A DNA stretch of 63,562 nt, filler included, from Candidatus Coatesbacteria bacterium (GTDB taxonomy: Bacteria; JAFGND01): the NCBI GenBank assembly GCA_016927185.1. It is 5 parts of 5 records of this genome, joined end to end, with 100 filler letters (N's around TTAATTAATTAA, not from the genome) between each part and the next. Parts side by side here need not be neighbours in the genome. Positions count along the whole stretch, not along the records: positions 1 to 14,845 come from JAFGND010000090.1; positions 14,946 to 28,583 come from JAFGND010000092.1; 3 more parts are not named here. The stretch is one strand, 5' to 3'. A model generated the notes under the pieces. That model was not told the DNA's origin. It saw only the letters and a program-made list of their open reading frames with translations, and did no database searches. A program made the position numbers and the translations under genes. Positions 9,566 through 18,871 of the stretch are shown one piece after another (the stretch's first letter is position 1; every line of letters starts with the position of its first letter).

Positions 9566-12500
9566 ATGCATCCCTATATTCCAGATTTCATTAAGGATAA
9601 GTTTCAATCGAAGCAATTTTCTGGTTCATTTCAGTCTATATGCATGTTTTGTGATATTTCAGGATTTACTTCACTGACAGAACAACTGCTAAAGCACGGC
9701 AAATACGGGAGCGAGGTTTTAACAACCTCTCTTAGATATATTTTCAATCCAATGGTTGACTCTGTCTATTCACACCTGGGATTTATCTCCACATTTGGAG
9801 GAGATGCTTTTAATGCAGTTTTTATTATAAAGGATCAAGAGGAAAAGGCTGCGATTTTTCAACATACATTAAGTTCTGCAAGAGAAATTCTTGATTTCTT
9901 CAAGAGCAGCGGTTTTATAAAGACTGAATTGGGCGACTTTTCATTTGATGTTAAGATTGGAATAAGCTCTGGCAATGTTGAGTGGGGAATAATAGGAGAA
10001 GAAGATTCATATGGTTATTACTTCAAGGGAGAGGCAATTGACAAAGCAGCTCTTCTCGAGCATGTTACTGAAAAAGGTGAATTCACTCTATCAGATGAAC
10101 TTAAGCTTTTTGAACAAAAAGAAATCAGCAGGGAGATGTATGTTTATGAAAAGAATGATATACCAGACAAAATCCTGACCTCATTCTTGCCAGATGAATT
10201 TCTGAACTGGGAAGGAGGAGAATTCAGGCATGTAGTATCTGTTTTTTTGCCATTTGAAACTGACTTTACATTTCCTCAATTAAACACTCTTTATAAAATC
10301 ACTAATTCAATAATAAAGAAGTATGAAGGATTCTTATCCAGGCTTAGTTTTGGAGACAAGGGAGCAATGTTCCTTGTATTTTTCGGATTTCCAGTTTGCC
10401 ATGAAGATGATGTCAAAAGATCTTTTATTTTTATGGATGAATGGAAAAAAGAAACAAACAAGGCAGTTAAAGATTTACACTTCAATATGGGTGTTTCATT
10501 TGGACTCACTTATGCTGGAATATCAGGAGGAGAGAATCGTTCTGAGCTTACCTGTCTTGGAGATGTTGTCAATTTTGCAGCCAGATTGGCATTTGCTCAG
10601 GAAAGGGATGAAATATATTTAAGCAAGGAAATTAGTGACAGAGCTGCCTCTTTTGCAGAAACAGCATTAGCATTTCATAAGAAATTCAAGGGAAAGACAG
10701 GTGAGCTTCCTGTTTATAAATTCATCTCTCTCAAGAAGCAGAAAACTGTTAAAAGATATTCAATTCCACTGATTGGCAGGGATGAAGAATTCAAACTTAT
10801 CAAATCAATGCTTGAAGAATCCATTTTCAAGGGGAAAAATGGAGGGGTATTAATATTAAATGGGGACCCTGGAATAGGAAAAACACGATTAATTTACGAA
10901 ATAAGGGAAAATATTGTAATAAGTGGTTTAAATCATCGCTGGATAACTTTATCTTGCGATAACCTGATATCAAAATCGTGGAATGGACTTGATCTTTATT
11001 TGAAGAAGTACTTCGGAATAAATGAAGCAGATGAAATGATTGACAGAAGGAATTTCATGAATGGTATTGAGAAACTCCAGAAAGCTCATTTGGTCAACAG
11101 GGAGCTCAGAAATGAAATACAGAGGACACATTCATTCGTTGCAAATGAGCTGAATATTACCTTGAAAAACTCACTATTCAATGAGATAAAAGATAGCAAG
11201 ATGAGGCATGAGAATTTGATTTCTGGTTACAAGGCAATTCTCAAGGCTATGTCTACTGTCAATCCATTGATAATAGAGATTGAAGATGGTCAATGGATGG
11301 ATGAATCAGTGAAAAAACTCCTTACAAGACTTTCGTTGAATGTTGATAAATATCCTTTCATGATAATCATTACTTCAAGATTCAATAAGGCAATGGAAAA
11401 GGTTGATTTCAGTTTCATGGAGACAAAGAAGGTTACTCAAATAGATTTGAAACCTTTATCTAATAAGGAAGAGCTTTTCTGCAATTTAATTCTGGGAGAA
11501 GGCAGATTGTCTGATGGACTAAGAAACTTCCTGACAGAGAAGTCTAATGGAAATCCATTCTTTATTGAGCAATGGCTCAAGCACTTAAATGATACTAGTG
11601 CCGTCGAGAAGGTGAATGATGAATGGTTGCTAACTGAAAAGGTTTACGATCTGCCATCTGAAATAGATCAGGTGATTATTGCAAGGATAGATTCACTTGG
11701 CATACAAGTAAAAGAAATACTGCAGAGAGCAAGTATTCTTGGAAAGAGATTTGCCTTGATGATCTTGAGGGAAATGGTAAGCAGGGAAGTCCAAATGGAA
11801 GAGTGCCTGCTAAAAGCAAGGGGATCCAATATACTCATTCAGGAAGAATCCCTGGAAGTGATGGCAGAGATTATGTATTTCTTCACTCATGCGATTTTCA
11901 AGGATGTTGCATATGAAATGCAGTTGAAGGAAAGAAGAATGAAACTTCATAAACTTGCATTCGAAACCATTGAAAATCTATTCAAGGATGATTTACAGTC
12001 ATGGTATGATGATTTATGTGTTCATGCAGAAAATGCTAATATGAATAATGAGCTTATAAACTACCTGGAAAAAGCTGGAGATTACAATACTGAGATTTAC
12101 AGGAATGATATAGCAATAAGTCAGTATAATAAACTGGTAAGCCAGGATATTGATATCAGCAGAAAAATCAGGATATTTAACAAGATCGGGAATATTTATA
12201 AAATAACAGGACCTTATTTCAAGGCAGAGGAAAGCTACAGGAAAGCTCTGGAATATGCTGAGAACATAGATAATCAGTCTATTATTGCAGAGACAAGAGA
12301 GAATCTGGCAAGTATTCTGTGTTTCCAGGGCAAGAATGATGAATCCCAAGCAATACTTGAAGATCTTGAGAAAACTTATGATAAAGTGAATCTGAGCCAG
12401 AGAAGAATTTTTTCCAATAAATTGCTTGGGAATATTTATTTCAGGAAAGGTGAATATGAAAAATCATTGAAACATTTCAATTTTTCAATAGATCTTTCAA

Positions 12501-13432
12501 GGAAAGAAAAAATCAAGGATGATATTGAAACTCTGTATCTGAATACAGGTGTGATTTATTACTGCCTTGGAGATCTCAAGAAATCAATTTATTATTTCAA
12601 GCAGAGTGGTAAAATTGCTTCTTCGAATGGAAATCTGATGGTTGAATGTAAGGTTCTGGGAAATATAGCGGTACTTTATAAAAACAAGTCCATGATCAAG
12701 AAAGCACTTTTTTATTCAGACAGAACATTGGAAATCGGGAAAAAAATAGGGGACAATGCTATTGTAGCAAATACCTTGAATAACATTGCTAACATATATC
12801 ATTTGTCAAAAGATTACAGGAATGCAATTAAACTATACGAAGAAAGCATCGAAATAAAAAGGGAAGTTGGTGACATATATGGTATAGCAATTTCAATCAG
12901 CAATATAGGACTGACTTATATACTTTTAGAGAAGTATGACAAGGCAATAAGATACCTGAAGAAATCTTTGGATATTTCGTTGAAAACAGGTGACCAGGAC
13001 CAGCAGATTTTTTGCTATTTGGGAATTGGAAGATGCTATTTAAGGCTAAAGAAGACTAAAATTGCAGAAAGAACACTTAAGGAAGGTCTTGTTTTATCCA
13101 GGAATCTGAAAAAGGATTCTGATACAGCACATATACTCGTGTCTCTCGGGGATATTGAAATAATAAAGAAAAACATTGTTCAGGCAGATATCCTTTATGA
13201 AGAAGGGCTTGATATGCTTAGAAAACAGAAAGATGACAAGGATTTAACTGAGAAAATACTGGAATACTGCGAATTTACTATGGATAATATAGAACCGGCT
13301 TCCTGGAATTGCAAAAAGATGCTTGAAATGCTTTCTGAAGCAAAGGTGGTTGCCAGTAAGCCGAAATTCAAGGAAATACTCACTAGAATAGAATCTACTG
13401 AGAAAGCAATAAAGAAAGTCAGCAAGAAATGA
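9566..13432 (+). CDS. Soluble adenylyl cyclase-like protein: two cyclase domains + STAND NTPase + TPR
   Basis: FCDISGFT/FGGDAF in domain 1; GDKG and LGDVVNFAARL in domain 2; GDPGIGKT, IEDGQW, GNPFF; TPR array; RBS AGGAG before ATG 9566. Confidence 0.88.
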   Translation: MHPYIPDFIKDKFQSKQFSGSFQSICMFCDISGFTSLTEQLLKHGKYGSEVLTTSLRYIFNPMVDSVYSHLGFISTFGGDAFNAVFIIKDQEEKAAIFQHTLSSAREILDFFKSSGFIKTELGDFSFDVKIGISSGNVEWGIIGEEDSYGYYFKGEAIDKAALLEHVTEKGEFTLSDELKLFEQKEISREMYVYEKNDIPDKILTSFLPDEFLNWEGGEFRHVVSVFLPFETDFTFPQLNTLYKITNSIIKKYEGFLSRLSFGDKGAMFLVFFGFPVCHEDDVKRSFIFMDEWKKETNKAVKDLHFNMGVSFGLTYAGISGGENRSELTCLGDVVNFAARLAFAQERDEIYLSKEISDRAASFAETALAFHKKFKGKTGELPVYKFISLKKQKTVKRYSIPLIGRDEEFKLIKSMLEESIFKGKNGGVLILNGDPGIGKTRLIYEIRENIVISGLNHRWITLSCDNLISKSWNGLDLYLKKYFGINEADEMIDRRNFMNGIEKLQKAHLVNRELRNEIQRTHSFVANELNITLKNSLFNEIKDSKMRHENLISGYKAILKAMSTVNPLIIEIEDGQWMDESVKKLLTRLSLNVDKYPFMIIITSRFNKAMEKVDFSFMETKKVTQIDLKPLSNKEELFCNLILGEGRLSDGLRNFLTEKSNGNPFFIEQWLKHLNDTSAVEKVNDEWLLTEKVYDLPSEIDQVIIARIDSLGIQVKEILQRASILGKRFALMILREMVSREVQMEECLLKARGSNILIQEESLEVMAEIMYFFTHAIFKDVAYEMQLKERRMKLHKLAFETIENLFKDDLQSWYDDLCVHAENANMNNELINYLEKAGDYNTEIYRNDIAISQYNKLVSQDIDISRKIRIFNKIGNIYKITGPYFKAEESYRKALEYAENIDNQSIIAETRENLASILCFQGKNDESQAILEDLEKTYDKVNLSQRRIFSNKLLGNIYFRKGEYEKSLKHFNFSIDLSRKEKIKDDIETLYLNTGVIYYCLGDLKKSIYYFKQSGKIASSNGNLMVECKVLGNIAVLYKNKSMIKKALFYSDRTLEIGKKIGDNAIVANTLNNIANIYHLSKDYRNAIKLYEESIEIKREVGDIYGIAISISNIGLTYILLEKYDKAIRYLKKSLDISLKTGDQDQQIFCYLGIGRCYLRLKKTKIAERTLKEGLVLSRNLKKDSDTAHILVSLGDIEIIKKNIVQADILYEEGLDMLRKQKDDKDLTEKILEYCEFTMDNIEPASWNCKKMLEMLSEAKVVASKPKFKEILTRIESTEKAIKKVSKK

Positions 13433-13498
13433 AAATTAAAACTGACGTATAATGATTTGGCTGCGATTGCATCTAAGACTTAATGAAGGAGCAAAATA

Positions 13499-14770
13499 AT
13501 GAAAAGAGCTGTTTTAATAATTCTCTTTGTATTTAATGCATTCTTGTCAGCAGTTCCAGGTGATTTATTATGGAGAGCTAAGACGGATGCTTTTATATAT
13601 TCCTCACCCTTTGTATCAGCTCAAGTAGTTTACATAGGGAGTTTTGATACAAATATATATGCATTAAATGCAATTGATGGGGAGCTGTTATGGAAATACA
13701 AGACTGATGCAAGTGTCTGGTCATCACCTTTCGTATTGAATGGTACAGTCTATGTTGGAAGCTGGGATACATATCTTTATGCAATAAACAGCTCTGATGG
13801 TTCTCTCAAATGGAGATACAAGGCAGACAGCTGGATATATTCTTCCCCTTATGCTGACGATGAGAAAGTATATTTTGGCACAAGGGACGACTTTTATATT
13901 AATGCAGTATATTGTAATGACGGTAATTTGAAATGGCAATACAAGACTGGTTATTATGTTTATTCATCTCCATATGTTCTAGATGGAGTTACATATTGTG
14001 GGAGTGCAGATGGATATCTTTATGCCCTGAATTCAGATAACGGAACTTTGAATTGGAGATACCAAGTGGGTTACTATGTTGAGTCTTCACCTTATGTATC
14101 AGAGGGGACTGTTTATATAGGCAGCTTTGATACTAACCTTTATGCTATAAACTGCTCTGATGGTTCTTTGAAGTGGAAATACAAGACTGATGGATTTATT
14201 TACTCGAGACCGTTTCAGATTGACAGTACTGCATATGTGGGGAGTATAGACTGGTATCTGCATGCAGTCAACAGTGAGAATGGATCGTTCAAGTGGAAAT
14301 ACCAGACAGGTTATGCAGTGCAGTCATCACCTTATGTAACAGATGGAATAGTATATTTCGGGAGCCTGGATAATGGTTTCTATGCACTTGATGCAATAAA
14401 TGGCAGCATAAGATGGAGATATATGACTGATGGAAGGATTTATTCTTCTCCATACGTTGCTGATGGCATTGCATATATAGGAAGCTATGATACTTATGTT
14501 TATGCTATAGAAACATTTGGATTTAACGGATTCAGAAGCAAAGAATTATCAAGATCAATTCCATCCACCTCCTTCTCCATTTCTCCCAACCCATTCTCAT
14601 CCCGATTGTCTATTTCCCTGCCATCATCTGGAGCAGTCTATTCCCTGACTGGTCAGCTGATAATGAAACTGGACAAAGGCAAGCATTCTCTTGATACAAG
14701 CAAATGGAGAGAGGGTGTTTATATAGTGAAGAGCGGGAAGGATTGCAAGAGAGTTGTGAAAATCAGATAG
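13499..14770 (+). CDS. Secreted 8-blade PQQ-type beta-propeller with T9SS-like CTD
   Basis: Signal peptide, AVPGDLLW; eight ~40-aa repeats (SSP.V..G.VY.GS.D..LYAIN..DG.LKW.Y); SPNPF...WREGVYIVK...KRVVKIR. Confidence 0.9.
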   Translation: MKRAVLIILFVFNAFLSAVPGDLLWRAKTDAFIYSSPFVSAQVVYIGSFDTNIYALNAIDGELLWKYKTDASVWSSPFVLNGTVYVGSWDTYLYAINSSDGSLKWRYKADSWIYSSPYADDEKVYFGTRDDFYINAVYCNDGNLKWQYKTGYYVYSSPYVLDGVTYCGSADGYLYALNSDNGTLNWRYQVGYYVESSPYVSEGTVYIGSFDTNLYAINCSDGSLKWKYKTDGFIYSRPFQIDSTAYVGSIDWYLHAVNSENGSFKWKYQTGYAVQSSPYVTDGIVYFGSLDNGFYALDAINGSIRWRYMTDGRIYSSPYVADGIAYIGSYDTYVYAIETFGFNGFRSKELSRSIPSTSFSISPNPFSSRLSISLPSSGAVYSLTGQLIMKLDKGKHSLDTSKWREGVYIVKSGKDCKRVVKIR

Positions 14771-14845
14771 TATTTTTCTCTTCCATTTCAGGGAAATCTG
14801 CCTCTTTCAAGACAGACTCCCTGGTTATGGAAACAGGGGCTTTCC
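14763..14845 (-). CDS. 3' end of an unidentified gene truncated by the gap
   Basis: Open minus frame KAPVSITRESVLKEADFPEMEEKNTI*, converging on the upstream gene. Confidence 0.4.
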
Positions 14846-14945
14846 NNNNNNNNNNNNNNNNNNNNNNNNNNNNNNNNNNNNNNNNNNNNTTAATTAATTA
14901 ANNNNNNNNNNNNNNNNNNNNNNNNNNNNNNNNNNNNNNNNNNNN
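14846..14945. other. Artificial contig spacer
   Basis: N44-TTAATTAATTAA-N44; stops in all six frames. Confidence 0.98.
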
Positions 14946-15416
14946 AGGAGATCCCCATGTATAATTTGAAGAATACTTCCAGACTTCTTCTCCATTAGCT
15001 GCATTAAGAGCAAAAATGTAATCAGAATTGAAGTATACAATTCCATTGTAAACAGATGGAGTTGATCTAATATTCTCATAATTTCTATATTTCCAGATAA
15101 ATGTTCCATTCTCTGCATTTAAGGCATAAAAATTAGATTCTTCTCCTGCTCCTGTCCCGAAATATACTATTCCATTTGAAACACAAGGTGAAGAAGTATA
15201 TCCATATCCCTCTGTCTTGTATCTCCATTTCAAAGTGCCATTATTGGCATATATTGCATAAAGATATCCATCCTCACATCCAATATATGCTATATTGTTT
15301 ACAACAAAAGCTGATGATACAGTCAAATCATCCAATTTATATCTCCATAGTAAATCACCAGGAGCTGAAAAAAGGAAAGTGACTTGTAAAATCATTATAA
15401 GTAGAAGTGTTCTCAT
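14946..15416 (-). CDS. Secreted PQQ-type beta-propeller (3' truncated by gap)
   Basis: MRTLLLIMILQVTFLFSAPGDLLWRYK; PQQ blades; RBS AAGGAG before ATG 15416. Confidence 0.85.
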
Positions 15417-15752
15417 TATATTCTCCTTTCTATCAATATGGAAGATATAGAATTTTTCCCGAAGTCTTGATACTTCCAATTTGCAGAGAATAAAATATTA
15501 TACCTTTATTTCTGTTTATTAATTATTCCAATTTTTTCCTGTCAACAGAAATAACGTACTTATCATGAAGACAAACTGATATTTTTTGCAGGATTTACAT
15601 TAATATAGCAGATAGTATTAGCTTTTCTATCTTTCTAATACTTGATAATCTTATGAATAATAAGGCTTTCTGTGGTTAAATGAAAAGTAAAATTTTCTTT
15701 CTAACCTTTTATCATAAGTTATAACAAGTCCACCATCCAGGATGGATTTATT

Positions 15753-17402
15753 CTAATACTGGAAACTGCTTCCTCCAATAAATTCCCTCAGAATTGAAGT
15801 TGGGGGTATGAAAACAGAATCAATTGGTTTTATGAACGCAAGTTTACACAAAAGCCTCTTTGCTTCACCATATACAATATTTCCTGGTTCTATTGCTTCA
15901 AGCAAAGGCTGCACCAAGGATTTGAGCAGACTCCATTCATACGGGAGAGCTGAATTGAACATTGCATCAGCTTCTTCCTGAAACGGGAAAATATACTTTT
16001 CCTCTCCCCTGGCTATTGATGGCCACCTGCTAAGTGTATCAGAAGCAGTATATCCCCTGAAGGATGCATCCCTGACTGTTCTTCTCAACCTTCTCGTATC
16101 AGTTGTAGGTATCCTGTTGTGCCTGTCCAGGTTAAGCTGAGTCAATGCAGAAACATATATCCTGAATAATTGTCTGGGATTTATCTCGGGAAGAAGTGCT
16201 GGATTAAGACCATGAATTCCTTCAACTATTAGCACTCCATTTGAGGGAAGTCTTATCATTTTTCTCCCTGGTTTTCCTGATCCCTGCTTGAAATCGAATT
16301 CAGGAATTCTTACATTCTCTCCAGCAAGTATTGTCTGCAAATGCCTGTTAAAAAGAGGAATATCTATTGCCTCAAGACTTTCGAAATCATATTCGCCTTT
16401 TTCATCCTTTGGTGTCTCTTCCCTGGATCTGAAATAACTATCCAGTGATATGGTTTCAGGCTGCAAACCAACTACCTGAAGCTGGATAGACAATCTTTTA
16501 GAAAATGTTGTCTTTCCTGATGCAGATGGACCTGATATCAATATGATTTTTATCCTGTCCTTCTTGGAATAAATCTTGTCTGCTATGCTTGCAATTTTCT
16601 TTTCATGAAATGCTTCAGATATCTGGATAACATCCCTAATGGTGCCTTTCTCAATTCTTGAATTAAGACTGTCTATAGTTCTTACATCCATAATTTCTGA
16701 CCAGACTTCATATTCAACAAAAGCGCTGAATAATTTCCTTGGATAAAAGAAAGCTTGTGATTCCTTTTTCTTGTCTGGAGGCAGAGCTTTCAGATAAAAT
16801 CCAGGGGGACACAAAACTAGTTCGAAGTTTTTTATCTGTGAAGTCCTCATTATAACAGGACCATAATAATAATCTATCCTGTCTGCCAGTTTATAAAGTG
16901 TTATTGAAGGGAGATCTGCATTGGCAATCACCCTTGCTTTTTCTGTTCTACCTCTTTCCAGAAGAAGTTTTGCTGCCTCAGCTGGACTTAGAACAATAGG
17001 TTCGAATTTTAGATCCATCTTGACAAGTGATTCAATCTCTGCTGTCAGGAGATCAAGCTCCTTGTTAGTCATGAAACCTGGAGCATCAGGTTCTCCATAT
17101 AATCCCTGACCCAATGTATGATTAAAGCGCAGCTCCATCTGTGGAAAAAGCTTTTCTGCAGCCATTACAAGAAGGTACAGCAAACCATTCTGGTAAGTTC
17201 TTCTCCCGTCATGATCATAAAAAGTGAGAGGTTTTATTTCTCCCCCTCTTTCCAATTCACTCTGCAAAGATACTGCTTCACCATCCAGTGATAATGCCAT
17301 ATAAAGATTCCTTGCAGGATCCATTCCAAAATATTCCAGTACTTCTATTCCAGTCTTTTTCTCCTCGGATTTATATGATTTACCTTCGAATTTCCACTCC
17401 AT
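15753..17402 (-). CDS. Uridine/nucleoside kinase with N-terminal ThrRS-like domain
   Basis: GPSASGKTT, ISLDSYF, VEGIHGLN, RRTVRD, YIFPFQEEADAMFNS, SILREFIGGS. Confidence 0.88.
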   Translation of the reverse strand: MEWKFEGKSYKSEEKKTGIEVLEYFGMDPARNLYMALSLDGEAVSLQSELERGGEIKPLTFYDHDGRRTYQNGLLYLLVMAAEKLFPQMELRFNHTLGQGLYGEPDAPGFMTNKELDLLTAEIESLVKMDLKFEPIVLSPAEAAKLLLERGRTEKARVIANADLPSITLYKLADRIDYYYGPVIMRTSQIKNFELVLCPPGFYLKALPPDKKKESQAFFYPRKLFSAFVEYEVWSEIMDVRTIDSLNSRIEKGTIRDVIQISEAFHEKKIASIADKIYSKKDRIKIILISGPSASGKTTFSKRLSIQLQVVGLQPETISLDSYFRSREETPKDEKGEYDFESLEAIDIPLFNRHLQTILAGENVRIPEFDFKQGSGKPGRKMIRLPSNGVLIVEGIHGLNPALLPEINPRQLFRIYVSALTQLNLDRHNRIPTTDTRRLRRTVRDASFRGYTASDTLSRWPSIARGEEKYIFPFQEEADAMFNSALPYEWSLLKSLVQPLLEAIEPGNIVYGEAKRLLCKLAFIKPIDSVFIPPTSILREFIGGSSFQY

Positions 17403-17417
17403 AGATTTCTCCTTGTC

Positions 17418-17831
17418 CTACTTGAAAACCTTCTTTGCATCAAATTTCACTTTTATTCTATAAAAAAGGAAATAAGTTCCTGATTTAGCACTATTGTAAA
17501 ACTGGTCACAGATCAGATGAAATAATATTCCCAAACCTATAGCTCCAATAATTGGATATCCAAGGTACCATGCAAGAAGAAAAAAGGGAATAATTTCATA
17601 TGAATGAAGGAAGAAATAGAATTTGGCAAGAGATCCCTTGTAATAGACTTCAAAGAAATGCCTTATATTGAATTTCTTTAAACTATATCCTGCAAAATAA
17701 TCAGGGATATGGTCCAGATCCGCAAGTATGTTTGCTGCTGAAGCTGCTATTATCTGATCCCCTGAGCTTCCGCTAATCCACATTACTCCTGCAAGAAGGG
17801 GAGTTACTGCAAGGTGTTCTGATAACCACAT
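17418..17831 (-). CDS. Membrane-bound metal-dependent hydrolase-like protein
   Basis: N-terminal H, ADLDH, LHSYE, FHLICD motifs with hydrophobic segments. Confidence 0.6.
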   Translation of the reverse strand: MWLSEHLAVTPLLAGVMWISGSSGDQIIAASAANILADLDHIPDYFAGYSLKKFNIRHFFEVYYKGSLAKFYFFLHSYEIIPFFLLAWYLGYPIIGAIGLGILFHLICDQFYNSAKSGTYFLFYRIKVKFDAKKVFK

Positions 17832-17947
17832 AGTGAGGAAACAAAGCTCAGTTTACTGGATTTTAGGCAAGATAAAATTATTATGGACTTGACTATATAG
17901 TATATAATTACTGCTCTAGACTTGCTTATGGAAAGGAGAAAACAATA

Positions 17948-18493
17948 ATGAAAATATTCATGATGATAATCATAATGGTAAGTTTTTCAGTCCTTGCAGC
18001 AGACAGCGATATTGATGATGCATTGCTTGCTGCCATAAAGGATAGCAACCTGAGCGAAGTACATGAATGTCTTTTCAAGGGTGCTAAGGTTGATGCTAAA
18101 ACTCCTGAAGGACTTACCGGGCTTATGATTTCAGCAAGAGAAGGCTATGAAGAGATATTCAATCTGCTTATTGAGAAGGGAGCAAATGTCCATGAAACAA
18201 CAGGTTATGGCTGGAATGCTCTCATGTATGCAGCAGATGGGAACAGGAGAAAAATTGCAAACAATCTGGTTTTGAAAGCTGTCAATGTCAATGCAAAAAC
18301 AAAAAACGGTGATACTGCACTGATGATTGCATCTTCAAAAGGACGTTATGACATGGTAGTTTTTCTTATAGAAAATAATGCAACTGCAAAACTGAAAAAT
18401 AACGAGGGACAGACTGCATATTCGATTGCAAAACGCAAGGGATATACGCAAATAATGGAATTACTTAAAGGTGCCATGGATGCTGAGAAATAA
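17948..18493 (+). CDS. Secreted ankyrin repeat protein
   Basis: Signal peptide; G.T.LM.A...G.....LL...GA.V repeats. Confidence 0.9.
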   Translation: MKIFMMIIIMVSFSVLAADSDIDDALLAAIKDSNLSEVHECLFKGAKVDAKTPEGLTGLMISAREGYEEIFNLLIEKGANVHETTGYGWNALMYAADGNRRKIANNLVLKAVNVNAKTKNGDTALMIASSKGRYDMVVFLIENNATAKLKNNEGQTAYSIAKRKGYTQIMELLKGAMDAEK

Positions 18494-18496
18494 AAC

Positions 18497-18525
18497 TTGA
18501 CAAACCTGCTTTTTGCTGTTACATT
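18497..18525 (+). promoter_or_regulatory. Sigma70-type promoter for ferredoxin lipoprotein gene
   Basis: TTGACA-17 nt (with extended TG)-TACATT, 18 nt upstream of ATG 18544. Confidence 0.5.
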
Positions 18526-18543
18526 TTTTCAAGTTGTAACAAA

Positions 18544-18870
18544 ATGAAAAACATCATTATTTACTTCCTGATTTCAATTGCACTTATTTCAGTTCCTTTT
18601 GCCTGCTCAAGTGATAAAAGCAAAAATGATACGGGAACTGCAAAAGGAACTGGGACTGGAACAACAGGAATGTACTATATTGATATTAACAAATGCACAG
18701 GTTGCACAAGATGCATAAACATGTTCAATTGTCCAATGGGGGCAATCAGCCTGAAGAAATATGAAGGACATGATATTGACAAAGCTTATATTGATTCAAC
18801 TCTTTGCAATTCCTGCGGAGACTGCATTAACAAATTTCAATGCCAGTTTGGTGCAATAAAAAAGAAATAG
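18544..18870 (+). CDS. Lipoprotein with 2x[4Fe-4S] ferredoxin domain
   Basis: Lipobox PFAC; Gly/Thr linker; CTGCTRC.....CP and CNSCGDC.....CQ. Confidence 0.8.
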   Translation: MKNIIIYFLISIALISVPFACSSDKSKNDTGTAKGTGTGTTGMYYIDINKCTGCTRCINMFNCPMGAISLKKYEGHDIDKAYIDSTLCNSCGDCINKFQCQFGAIKKK

Positions 18871-18871
18871 G

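Noticed and set aside
13499-14770. Tandem ~120-bp repeats as a CRISPR array or DGR variable region
   Set aside because: They are in-frame protein blades; no constant repeat-spacer pattern, and no RT or template repeat seen.
14783-14830. Imperfect hairpin after the CTD gene as a mobile-element end
   Set aside because: More simply explained as the 3' end of a convergent coding frame truncated by the gap.
14846-14945. Repeated TTAATTAATTAA flanked by Ns (4 times) as a biological repeat
   Set aside because: Identical 100-bp six-frame-stop spacer added when contigs were concatenated; ORFs running into it are artefacts.
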